64,000 nt of DNA, taken from assembly GCA_036397555.1 (NCBI GenBank), contig DASWIS010000001.1, positions 120,854 through 184,853 of the forward strand, in the 5' to 3' direction. The notes under the pieces are model-generated. The model searched no databases, was not told the DNA's origin, and saw only the letters and a list, made by a program, of their open reading frames with translations. Made by a program: the position numbers and the translations under genes. Source of the stretch: Candidatus Zixiibacteriota bacterium. GTDB taxonomy: Bacteria > Zixibacteria > MSB-5A5 > WJJR01. Shown here piece by piece: positions 40,374 through 49,408 of the stretch (position 1 is its first letter; every line of letters begins with the position of its first letter).

Positions 40374-42536
40374 TTGATGATGGTACTTGATGTCGCCTCC
40401 GAATCGATCCTGACGTTCACAGTCGACGGGTTCGACGGCGAACTGCGGGTCCTGCAGTTGTCCGGACGCGAGGCGATGTCGGAATTGTTCCACTTCGGCG
40501 TCGATCTGGCCTGCCAGGATTCCGAGATCGATTTGGACGGCATCGTCGGTCAGGCCGCCCAGCTCCAAATCCATTACCTCGACGGTGCGCGGGAACTCAA
40601 CGGCATCATCAGCCGATTCGAGCAGGGGCATGTCGGCGAGACCTTCACCGCCTACTACGCCGAATTGGTGCCGAGCGTCTGGCTGCTGACCCAGCGATAC
40701 GACAGCCGCATTTTTCAGGAACAATCCGTCCCCGACATCATTCAAGCGGTGCTCAAAAACTCCGGGGCAACTTCGCGGTTCGCGTTGAAGGGCAGCCATG
40801 CGCCGCGCGAGTATTGCGTGCAGTACCGCGAGACCGATTGGAACTTCATCATGCGGCTGATGGAAGAAGTCGGCATCTTCTGTCAGTGGGAGCATCGGGA
40901 CGGCAAGGACATCCTGGTGATCGCCGACGCGCCCGGTGTGCACGTACCGATTGACGGTACGCCCGACGTTCTCTTCCGTGAGCCGACCGGTTTGGTCGAG
41001 GCCGAGGAGTTTATCTACCAGTTTCGCTCCGCGCAACAGATTCGGCCCGGGAAGATTACGCACACCGATTACAATTTCAAAACGCCGGCGCTCGACATGT
41101 TCAAAGATCAATCGGCCCGCCGAAATCCCGAGCTGGAAGTCTACGACTACCCGGGATTGTATCCCGATCAGGGGACCGGCGGGACACTGGCGCGCGCGCG
41201 ATTGGAGGCATTGCAATCGCCGCGGTTGAGCGCTGTCGGCGAGAGCACCTGCCGACGAATGATCCCCGGATTTAAGTTCACGATGCAGGAGCACCGGCGC
41301 GAATCATTCAACCAGGAGTATCTCCTCACGTCCGTACGGCACACCGCCAGCCAGCCGTTGGGTCAGGACGAGACCGGCGGGCGTTTTCATTATAGCAATT
41401 CGTTTGTCGCGATTCCGGCGTCGGTGCCGTATCGCCCGCCCCGCGTGACACCCAAGCCGGTGGTCGAGGGAACGCAGACCGCCGTTGTCACCGGCCCGGC
41501 GGGCGAGGAGATTTACACCGACGAGTACGGACGAATCAAAGTCCAATTCCACTGGGACCGCGAAGGAAAGAAGGACGACAAGTCATCTTGCTGGATCCGC
41601 GTTGCGCATCCGTGGGCGGGCCCCTCATGGGGCTCAATGTTTATCCCGCGCGTCGGATTCGAGGTCGCCGTGCAGTTTCTCGAAGGCGACCCCGACCGGC
41701 CGCTCGTCATCGGCTCGGTCTACAATGCGCAAAACATGCCGCCCTATCCGCTTGATGCGCAGAAAAACAAAAGCACGATCAAATCCAACAGCACCAAGGG
41801 CGGCGGCGGATCAAATGAACTCCGATTTGACGACACCAAGGGTTCTGAGGAAGTCTATCAACACGCGCAAAAAGACCTCACCATCCGTACCGAAAACGAC
41901 AAGAATCAGAGCACCGGCCACGACGAGACGCTGAAGATCGGCAACGACCGCAGCAAGGATGTCGGCAACAACGAGACGACGAAGATCGGCAAAGACCGCA
42001 CCGAAGAAGTCGGTGCCAACGAGACGATTAAGATCGGCACGGATCGCACCGAAGAGGTCGGCGCCAACGAAAAAATCAAGATCGGCGCCGACCGCACCGA
42101 AGAAGTGGCCGCCAACGAAACGATCAAGATCGGCGCCGACCGCACCGAGGACGTCGCTGGCAACGAGACGATCAAAATCGGGGGCAACGAGAGCATCACG
42201 GTCGGCGGATCGATGACGTTGAGTGTCGGCAGCGGCGGCACGATCAAGGTCGCCAAGGATGTGTCGACCTCGGTTGGCGCCGACTCCAGCACGTCGGTGG
42301 GCAAGGCGATGTCGACCGACGTCGGCAAGACCTACGACCTTTCCGCAGGCGATTCGATGACCATCAGCTCCAACAAGGACATCACGCTCAGTTGCGGCAA
42401 GGCGACCATCAATATGAAAAAAGACGGCACCATCACCATCAACGGCAAGGACGTCACCATGCAGGGGTCCGGGAAAATCACGGTGAAGGCGTCGAAGGAT
42501 GTCATCGTCAAAGGCAAAAAGATTTTGGAGAATTAG
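40374..42536 (+). CDS. vgrG: VgrG (TssI) spike protein
   Basis: gp27/gp5-like N-terminal regions. C-terminal tandem DRTEEVGANETIKIG beta-helix repeats. Confidence 0.9.
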   Translation: MMMVLDVASESILTFTVDGFDGELRVLQLSGREAMSELFHFGVDLACQDSEIDLDGIVGQAAQLQIHYLDGARELNGIISRFEQGHVGETFTAYYAELVPSVWLLTQRYDSRIFQEQSVPDIIQAVLKNSGATSRFALKGSHAPREYCVQYRETDWNFIMRLMEEVGIFCQWEHRDGKDILVIADAPGVHVPIDGTPDVLFREPTGLVEAEEFIYQFRSAQQIRPGKITHTDYNFKTPALDMFKDQSARRNPELEVYDYPGLYPDQGTGGTLARARLEALQSPRLSAVGESTCRRMIPGFKFTMQEHRRESFNQEYLLTSVRHTASQPLGQDETGGRFHYSNSFVAIPASVPYRPPRVTPKPVVEGTQTAVVTGPAGEEIYTDEYGRIKVQFHWDREGKKDDKSSCWIRVAHPWAGPSWGSMFIPRVGFEVAVQFLEGDPDRPLVIGSVYNAQNMPPYPLDAQKNKSTIKSNSTKGGGGSNELRFDDTKGSEEVYQHAQKDLTIRTENDKNQSTGHDETLKIGNDRSKDVGNNETTKIGKDRTEEVGANETIKIGTDRTEEVGANEKIKIGADRTEEVAANETIKIGADRTEDVAGNETIKIGGNESITVGGSMTLSVGSGGTIKVAKDVSTSVGADSSTSVGKAMSTDVGKTYDLSAGDSMTISSNKDITLSCGKATINMKKDGTITINGKDVTMQGSGKITVKASKDVIVKGKKILEN
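41946..42185 (+). repeat. ~42-bp tandem repeats (x5-6) inside vgrG encoding DRTEEVGANETIKIG units
   Basis: gaccgcaccgaagaagtcggtgccaacgagacgattaagatcggc and near-identical neighbours, read directly. Confidence 0.7.
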
Positions 42537-42547
42537 GAGCGACACAT

Positions 42548-42988
42548 ATGGAGACGCCAACCTGGGAACAACTGACAACGGCCGGAGCGGACGTGCGATT
42601 GGCGCGCATCGCCGCGATTACCGACGACGGCACCGTGCGGGTTGCCCTCTCCGATGATTGCATTGTGTCGGCGGATCGCCTGGAGAGCGTATCAATCGAA
42701 TCAGTCCGCCGGGCGCACGCCGACCAGCGCCGCGTCATGGTCTTTCTCGATCGACAGGACGAAACCCAGCCGGTCATCCTCGGAGTCGTCGCCGACCCGT
42801 TCTCAACGCAGGCGATTGTCGATGGCGAGAACTTCGAGATTCGCGGCGATCAACAGGTGACCCTGCGATGCGGCAAGGCGAGCATCACGCTGACGAGGGC
42901 CGGGAAGATCATGGTGCGCGGGACGTACCTCTCCTCGCGTTCGTCGGGCGTTAATCGCGTCAAGGGCGCGTCGGTCCAGATCAACTGA
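42548..42988 (+). CDS. small hypothetical protein with similarity to the extreme C-terminus of the adjacent VgrG
   Basis: Start METPTWEQ with aggag RBS. ...VTLRCGKASITLTRAGKIMVRGTY resembles the VgrG tail ...ITLSCGKATINMKKDGTITINGKDV. Confidence 0.45.
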   Translation: METPTWEQLTTAGADVRLARIAAITDDGTVRVALSDDCIVSADRLESVSIESVRRAHADQRRVMVFLDRQDETQPVILGVVADPFSTQAIVDGENFEIRGDQQVTLRCGKASITLTRAGKIMVRGTYLSSRSSGVNRVKGASVQIN

Positions 42989-43048
42989 CGACGCACCGAT
43001 TCCCACGATTGACGAGACACTGATGTCCCGTCGCGCTGCCATCCATCC

Positions 43049-44125
43049 ATGCAACTGATCAATGCCACGCGCATGGCCGCCGGGTTCACGCTCGGACGCG
43101 ACAGTTCCGGACGGGAGTCGGTCGTTGTCGTTGCCAAGGGGACATTCACGCTTCCATCCGACGGCGACAGGTCTCGTCTCCTCCCGATTCAGGAGCCGTT
43201 GGTCACGGCGGATGTCTTCTCCGGCGAGCCGGGGTTTTCCGCACCGATTTACGAGAGCGATTTTGCACCGCTCAAGTTGCGCTGCGATGTTCTGCTCAAC
43301 GGCAGCGCCCACGCGCCCGGCGGCAAGCCGGCCCAGCGTGTCGATGTCGCATTGCGTGTCGCCACGATCACCAAGTCGTTTGAAGTCGTCGGCCCGCGCA
43401 CCTGGCGGCAGGGGCTGGTGGGGTTTGCCGCATCGGAGGCGGAGTTTTTGACGGTCCTGCCGATTTCCTACGACAACGCGTTCGGCGGCGTCGACCAGAG
43501 CGATCCCGACAAGCCGCGATTTTATCCGTCCAATCACGCTGGCGTCGGTTACCACCACAATACATCGCTCGATTCTGTTGTCGGCCAGCCATTGCCGAAC
43601 ACCCAGGAGCCGGAGAACCCGGTCACCAATCCGCGCGGCGTCTATCGACCCATGGCATTCGGCGCGATCGGACGCAGTTGGGATCCGCGCCCGCAATATG
43701 CGGGGACCTACGATCAGCGCTGGATCGACGATGTATTCCCGTTTCTGCCGAAGGATTTCCGCAACGAGTACTTTCAGTGCGCCCCTCCCGATCAGCAATG
43801 CGACTACCTGCGCGGCGGTGAGGCGGTCGCGCTGGTCAATCTGACGCCGCTCGGCCGCTGTTCATTCCAGTTGCCGACTGTCGTTTTACCGGTCGAATTC
43901 ACCGATATCGACTCCAACCGCACGCGCGTCGATGCCGTCTGCGACACGCTGATCATCGAGCCCGATCAGTCCCGTTTCATGATGGTCTGGCGCGCGTCGC
44001 TGTCGCTGAAACGCGACATCATGGCCATGCGGCAGGCGATCGTCGGTACGCCGCCGCCCGGCTGGAAGCGGGCGCGCGATACCGGGAAAGTCTACTACCC
44101 CTCATTGGCGGCGCTCGGAGAGTAA
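43049..44125 (+). CDS. DUF2169-family T6SS adaptor protein
   Basis: MQLINATRMAAGFTLGRD...VVVVAKGTFTLP matches the DUF2169 N-terminus. Located between vgrG and the PAAR-like effector. Confidence 0.7.
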   Translation: MQLINATRMAAGFTLGRDSSGRESVVVVAKGTFTLPSDGDRSRLLPIQEPLVTADVFSGEPGFSAPIYESDFAPLKLRCDVLLNGSAHAPGGKPAQRVDVALRVATITKSFEVVGPRTWRQGLVGFAASEAEFLTVLPISYDNAFGGVDQSDPDKPRFYPSNHAGVGYHHNTSLDSVVGQPLPNTQEPENPVTNPRGVYRPMAFGAIGRSWDPRPQYAGTYDQRWIDDVFPFLPKDFRNEYFQCAPPDQQCDYLRGGEAVALVNLTPLGRCSFQLPTVVLPVEFTDIDSNRTRVDAVCDTLIIEPDQSRFMMVWRASLSLKRDIMAMRQAIVGTPPPGWKRARDTGKVYYPSLAALGE

Positions 44126-44129
44126 ATCG

Positions 44130-45155
44130 ATGAAACCGGCGGTGCTGGCGACGGGAATGGTGACGGCGATCGGGCTGGATGCACCGTCATCGTGCGCGGC
44201 GATCCGTAGCGGAATCACCGGCCACACCGAGACGCGGTTTCTGTATGACGGCGACTTCATCGTCGGCTGTCCCGTACCGTGGGCGGAGCCGGTGCGCGGT
44301 GTCGAACGGCTCCGCCAGATGACCGTCTCTTCGATCAGAGAATGTGCGGATGGTTTCGCCCGGTTGGATCCAAAGAAAACAGCTCTGTTGATCTGCCTTG
44401 CCGAAGCCGACCGTCCCGGACGATTCGACGGATTGGATGCGACTTTTGCAGACTCCGTTCACGCCGCACTGGGCTGGCCGCGCCATCCCGACTCCGCCGT
44501 GATCAACGACGGTCGTGTCGGGGGTGTGCGTGCTCTCGAACGCGCCCGCGCGCTGGTGGCGTCACGACGCGCCACGCATTGCATCGTCGCGGGCGCCGAC
44601 ACGATGCTGGCTGCCGACACACTGACAGCGGCCAGTGCGGCGCATCGATTGCAGACGGTGGAAAACTCCGATGGCTTCATACCCGGTGAAGCAGCGGCCG
44701 CGGTTCTGATCGGCATTCCCGCGGATAAGACCTGTCACCTCGAGTGCCGGGGCGTCGGCTACGGCGAGGAACGCGCCACCCGCGACTCGGGCGAACCGTT
44801 GCGTGGCGAAGGCATGGTCGCCGCCTTGCGGGCCGCCCTGGCCGATTCGTCGGTCGCATTGAATTCGCTCGACTACCGCATCACCGATTTGTCGGGTACG
44901 CAGTATGGGTTTAAGGAAGCGACCTTGGCATTGGACCGGCTGCTGCGTGATCGCAAAGAGGAATTCGACTTGTGGCATCCGGCCGAATGCATCGGGGAAG
45001 TCGGCGCGGCATTTATCCCGTGCGCGCTCGGAGTTGCGCTGACGGCCGCGCGTAAGGGGTACGCACCGGGACCGGGGCTGCTGTGCCACTGCGCCGCCGA
45101 TGGTCCGGGACGGGCCGCGGTTGTCCTGTACCGCACCGACAGGGAGCCGCGTTGA
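44130..45155 (+). CDS. thiolase-fold / 3-oxoacyl-ACP-synthase-like protein inside the vgrG effector operon
   Basis: 341 aa resembling KAS/thiolase fold. Its stop overlaps the next ATG (TGATG). The canonical KAS catalytic Cys motif is not obvious. Confidence 0.5.
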   Translation: MKPAVLATGMVTAIGLDAPSSCAAIRSGITGHTETRFLYDGDFIVGCPVPWAEPVRGVERLRQMTVSSIRECADGFARLDPKKTALLICLAEADRPGRFDGLDATFADSVHAALGWPRHPDSAVINDGRVGGVRALERARALVASRRATHCIVAGADTMLAADTLTAASAAHRLQTVENSDGFIPGEAAAAVLIGIPADKTCHLECRGVGYGEERATRDSGEPLRGEGMVAALRAALADSSVALNSLDYRITDLSGTQYGFKEATLALDRLLRDRKEEFDLWHPAECIGEVGAAFIPCALGVALTAARKGYAPGPGLLCHCAADGPGRAAVVLYRTDREPR

Positions 45156-46279
45156 TGTCGAACAAGGTATTCGCCAACACTCGCGAAATTTCCTGCAAAG
45201 CGGCGGCGGGCAAGTCGATCTGCAGCTTCCCCGATGTCTGCCTCAGCCCGCCCTCGCCCCCGGCGGGACCGGTTCCGATTCCGTATCCCAATACGGCATT
45301 CGCCAGTGATGCGACCAGCGGCTCCAAAAACGTGAAGATCTCCGGCAAGGAGATCATGCTCAAGAACAAGTCGTACTTCAAGAAAAGCACCGGCGATGAG
45401 GCGGCGACCAAGTCATTGGGTATGGGAGTGGTCACGCATCAGATTCAGGGCAAAGTCTACTTCGTCAGTTGGTCGATGGACGTCAAAGTCGAGGGACAGA
45501 ATGCCTGCCGCCACCTCGACATGACCACGCACAACCACATGTCGCCGACGCCGAACACCGGCCCGTGGCCGTACGCCGACACGCAGGCGATCGCCAACAT
45601 CAGCGAGTGCGATGGCGATGCCGGCGAAGCCAAGACAAAGTGCGCCGGTCAGAAGGGACCACCGAAGTGCACGGAGGCGTGTCGAAAGGCACAAAAATGT
45701 GTTCTCGTAAAGAAGTCGGACGATAAGAAGGCCTGTTGCGAGCATGAAACGACCGGACACCACTTGGTCGAGGTCCATTGCTTCTCGCCGACCGGCGAGC
45801 GCGGCGGTTCGCTCGAAGATTTGGAGTCATACAACCAGAACGCCGCGCCGTGTGTGTGTGCGTCACAGTCGCGTGCCGACGGATCGCATGGAGTCCTGCA
45901 CGCCGTGCAGGGTCAACTGGAAGGCGCGCACAACAGCAAACCGGGTGAGCCGAACTGCGAGTGGGAAGATGCCGGCGGAAAGATCAAAGGAAAGAAGAAG
46001 CGCGCCAACGCGGTCTCCAAGTGGACATACTCCGAGGCCCGTGACGCTGGCGCCAAGGCGCACAAAATCGCCTTTCCTCACTGCAACGAGGACTGCATCA
46101 AGAAGCAGTTGGATGCCTATCACAAAGACGAGTGCGGCCTCGACGATGACACGCCCTTGCGGAGCGATCCCGGCGCACCGAATCGTTCTGCCGGAACACT
46201 GAGCAAGAAACAGCAACAGCAGGTTGACGATGCGGTCGATGCCATCCGCGGCGTTGGAAACTCGTCCTCCAGCGTATGA
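45155..46279 (+). CDS. PAAR-like (DUF4150) T6SS effector with Cys-rich C-terminal GHH-motif (HNH/EndoVII-like) putative nuclease toxin domain
   Basis: N-terminus MSNKVFANTREI...FPDVCLSPP...PIPYPNTA...GSKNVKISGKEIMLKNKSYFKKSTGDEAAT matches DUF4150. C-terminus is Cys-rich and contains ETTGHHLVEVHC. Confidence 0.7.
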   Translation: MSNKVFANTREISCKAAAGKSICSFPDVCLSPPSPPAGPVPIPYPNTAFASDATSGSKNVKISGKEIMLKNKSYFKKSTGDEAATKSLGMGVVTHQIQGKVYFVSWSMDVKVEGQNACRHLDMTTHNHMSPTPNTGPWPYADTQAIANISECDGDAGEAKTKCAGQKGPPKCTEACRKAQKCVLVKKSDDKKACCEHETTGHHLVEVHCFSPTGERGGSLEDLESYNQNAAPCVCASQSRADGSHGVLHAVQGQLEGAHNSKPGEPNCEWEDAGGKIKGKKKRANAVSKWTYSEARDAGAKAHKIAFPHCNEDCIKKQLDAYHKDECGLDDDTPLRSDPGAPNRSAGTLSKKQQQQVDDAVDAIRGVGNSSSSV

Positions 46280-47241
46280 CCGATGCCGACACGTCCGTTG
46301 ACGATGGGGGTTCAGGACCAGTGAATCAGATCGGACCGACACCGTTCAGTTTTCTCTCCGGATTTGTACAGGACCGCAATACCGCCCGCGTCATTGCGCA
46401 AGTCGATCAATTGCGTGATCAGGGCTCCACTGCGTCACGACTGATGAAGTGGACGCGCGACGAGGGTCAGTGGATGTCCTTTCGTCTGGAGTGGACGGCG
46501 ACACGCATGTGGGTGCTTACGAAGCCGGAAATGCAGGTATTTGCAATCGGACCCGATGGCATCGTGAGTGTTGGTACCTCCAAGGGGATGAGTGAAGAGG
46601 AAGTCGATCCCGGCGACGATGGCCCGCGCCGTCGGGGACCGATCCGCGACTTGCAATTCATCGGATCGCACCTGTACGTCGCCGGGATGAGCCGTCAGGT
46701 ATACCGTCGTGAGGCACCGAATCGATGGATGCGACAAGATGACGGCGCCGTCCTGCCACGCGGAGATATGACAGTCGCGGGTTTCAATTCGATCGACGGT
46801 CTCGATGAGAATGACATATACGCGGTCGGATTCAATGGCGAAATCTGGCGACGGAGCGGCGAGAAGTGGCGTAAACTCGACAGCCCCACCAATCTCGTAC
46901 TGCACCGTGTGCGGGTGATTCGTCCCGACCTTGTCTTCATCTGTGGACAGGAGGGCGTGTTGATGCGCGGCAGCGGTGAGCGCTGGCGTATTATCGAACA
47001 CGATGCAACTGCGGAGGATTTCTGGGGGATGGAATGGTTCGGCGATAGACTCTATCTGGCCTGTGATGACGGTTTGTATGTGCTTGCCGCCGATGATTCG
47101 GTGAACGCGGTCGACACCGGCTTGGCAGCCGAATGGACCACACGTCATCTACACACTAACGATGGTGTTCTGTGGTCGTTTGGCCCCAAGAGCATTGCCT
47201 GGACTGAAGACGGCCGACTCTGGAACGATGTGACGCCATGA
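46276..47241 (+). CDS. hypothetical beta-propeller-like protein; candidate immunity protein for the upstream toxin
   Basis: ATG overlaps the toxin stop (ATGA). Repeated blade-like segments (YAVGFNGEIWRR, VFICGQEGVLMRG, LYLACDDGLYVL). No signal peptide. Confidence 0.45.
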   Translation: MTDADTSVDDGGSGPVNQIGPTPFSFLSGFVQDRNTARVIAQVDQLRDQGSTASRLMKWTRDEGQWMSFRLEWTATRMWVLTKPEMQVFAIGPDGIVSVGTSKGMSEEEVDPGDDGPRRRGPIRDLQFIGSHLYVAGMSRQVYRREAPNRWMRQDDGAVLPRGDMTVAGFNSIDGLDENDIYAVGFNGEIWRRSGEKWRKLDSPTNLVLHRVRVIRPDLVFICGQEGVLMRGSGERWRIIEHDATAEDFWGMEWFGDRLYLACDDGLYVLAADDSVNAVDTGLAAEWTTRHLHTNDGVLWSFGPKSIAWTEDGRLWNDVTP

Positions 47242-48485
47242 ACGCAGGTGTCGTCGCACCCGTCATCAGTCAGCACGCCGAGGAAGCGTCGTTCTTGTGG
47301 CTGCTGCGCAGCGCGGCCGTGAACGCCCCTCATTACACATTGCGCGATTTGGCGGAGCTGGATACTCGCGTCGAAGCGCATCTCGACGGCCTGCGCATCG
47401 CGGGCGCGGCCGGATGGGACATCTGTCGGAACGAGCTGGCCTGGGAGGAGCCGGGCGAAGTCTTCGTCGCCGGCTGCCTCGCATTCGCCAACGGCGACAT
47501 GACTCGCATGCGCGCAGTCCTCGATGTCGTTCAACAATCCGGACAGTGTATCCCAGGGGTGATCTCCGCGCTGGGATGGCTCGATTACGACGACGTGTCC
47601 GAGCGCGTCAAGCAACTCCTGTCGGCTCGCACGCCTGACCTTCGCCGCATCGGTATAGCGGCGATGGCGATCCATCGACGTGACGTCGGTGCCGATCTCG
47701 CATCGGCCATCGACGATGACGAGAGCTCACTTCGAGCGGCGGCACTTCGCGCCGCCGGTCAGTTGGGTCGGGCCGATTGCCTCTCTGCGCTGGTCTCACA
47801 TCTGGAAGATCCCGATGCCATGTGCCGCTTCTGGGCCGCCTGGTCGGCGGTACGCATGGGAGAACCCAATGGGTTGCATGTGCTGCGTGAACTGGCAGAG
47901 TCGGGTTTTGTGCGTCGTCAGCGAGCGCTCGACGTTGCCCTGCGCGCGATGCCTCTGCCCCAGGCGTTGCGATGGCAGAGTGCGCTTGCTTCAAATCCGG
48001 AGCTGGCACGACAAGCCGTCATCGCCGCCGGAGTGATCGGCGACCCATCGCTGGTTCCATGGCTGCTCGAGCGAATGGCGAGTCCCGAGCTGGCTCGCGT
48101 GGCGGGCGAGGCATTCACGCTCATTACCGGCGTCGATCTCGCGCTCGCCGACCTGGATGGTGACTCCCCGGATGGATTCGAACCTGCTCCGACCGATGAT
48201 ATTGCCGATGAATCGGTCGACATCGATCCGGACATTGACCTCCCTTGGCCTGACCCGGAAGCGCTGCGCGGCTGGTGGAATGAGCATCAGGGTGATTTTC
48301 GAAGCGGCGAGCGCTGCTTGCTGGGAAAACCGCCTGAGCCGGCCGCACTGAAAGAGATTCTGCGGCTGGGGTTTCAACGTCAGCGCGCCGCCGCCGCCAT
48401 GCAGCTTGCGTTGAGCGCTCCGAAGGCACTGCTGTACGAAATCCGGTCGCCCGGATTCCGGCAGCGCGCCGATTGGGGTGTCTAA
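47238..48485 (+). CDS. HEAT/PBS-lyase-repeat protein (possible second immunity/accessory protein)
   Basis: ATGA overlap with the previous gene. Alpha-helical repeats of ~30 aa (...LRAAALRAAGQLGRADCLSALVSHLEDPD...). Confidence 0.5.
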   Translation: MNAGVVAPVISQHAEEASFLWLLRSAAVNAPHYTLRDLAELDTRVEAHLDGLRIAGAAGWDICRNELAWEEPGEVFVAGCLAFANGDMTRMRAVLDVVQQSGQCIPGVISALGWLDYDDVSERVKQLLSARTPDLRRIGIAAMAIHRRDVGADLASAIDDDESSLRAAALRAAGQLGRADCLSALVSHLEDPDAMCRFWAAWSAVRMGEPNGLHVLRELAESGFVRRQRALDVALRAMPLPQALRWQSALASNPELARQAVIAAGVIGDPSLVPWLLERMASPELARVAGEAFTLITGVDLALADLDGDSPDGFEPAPTDDIADESVDIDPDIDLPWPDPEALRGWWNEHQGDFRSGERCLLGKPPEPAALKEILRLGFQRQRAAAAMQLALSAPKALLYEIRSPGFRQRADWGV

Positions 48486-48583
48486 GGGCCGTCTGCGGCG
48501 AATCTGCGGGGTGCATAGTAACCCCCTCACCCAACCGTCTTCGACATTGCCGTGGCAATACACAATGGAGTATCATCCAGCGC

Positions 48584-49363
48584 ATGACGCCAGATCAGAG
48601 GACTGTCCGCGACACGTCCGCCGACCGCTTTGACGACGATTCCGATGTCGCGATACTCGACGCCGAGCCGGAATCCCCATACCGCTACTACGTCGAAGAT
48701 GAAAAGCCGCGCGCCGATGCGGCATTCTTCGAATTGTTGTTGGCGCGAATCGTGCGCGGCGGCGGCGATGCCGATTCCGTGCGCGAGTACTGGCCACGCG
48801 TCGTCACCGCGCTGTCGGGCTTCAACGCGTTTCGCCTGGCCTACCTCAGCGAATCGGAAGTGGCATCGTCGATCCAATCGGTCGGTGGACGCTTCAGCGC
48901 GACACTGGGATCGCGTGCCCGGGACATAATCGCCTGGGCGGAGGCGTTCTGGCGCGTGCGTCAGATTTACGGATCGTTTCGCCAGTATATCCGATCATTC
49001 GATACCGATGGCATCGATGCCATGCTGGCCGATATGACGCAACGGCTGCCGGGACTGTCGCGCGAATTCCTGACCGAGTTCCTTCACGAAGCGGGAGAAC
49101 GGCTCCCGTCGACGGGAACCCAGCAGGGCGGACGGTCGCGCCGGCAGCGTCAGGGACGCGGTCGGCGGCAACAGCCCAAAAGGCAGCAGCCAGAGCCGCC
49201 GAAAGCAGAGTCGGCGCCGACCAGCAAAGCGCAGCCGACATCCGCCGCCGACGCAGACAAGTCGGGACCTAACCGCGGCAATAAGCGCGGCCGCCGACGC
49301 TTCTTTCGCCGACGCCGGGGTCGGCAACAGGGCGGCGATCAGGAAGCAAAGACCAAGCCATAG
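48584..49363 (+). CDS. hypothetical protein, weak Tag (3-methyladenine glycosylase I)-like core plus Arg-rich disordered C-terminal tail
   Basis: Start MTPDQRTV. YYVEDEKPRADAAFFELL...FNAFRLAYLSESEV loosely follows the Tag pattern. Tail RSRRQRQGRGRRQQPKRQQ...RGRRRFFRRRRGRQQ. Confidence 0.35.
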   Translation: MTPDQRTVRDTSADRFDDDSDVAILDAEPESPYRYYVEDEKPRADAAFFELLLARIVRGGGDADSVREYWPRVVTALSGFNAFRLAYLSESEVASSIQSVGGRFSATLGSRARDIIAWAEAFWRVRQIYGSFRQYIRSFDTDGIDAMLADMTQRLPGLSREFLTEFLHEAGERLPSTGTQQGGRSRRQRQGRGRRQQPKRQQPEPPKAESAPTSKAQPTSAADADKSGPNRGNKRGRRRFFRRRRGRQQGGDQEAKTKP

Positions 49364-49408
49364 AATGCCCCGCTCCGGCGGCGTCACTTACGGGGTCAAG
49401 CGCCCGCG

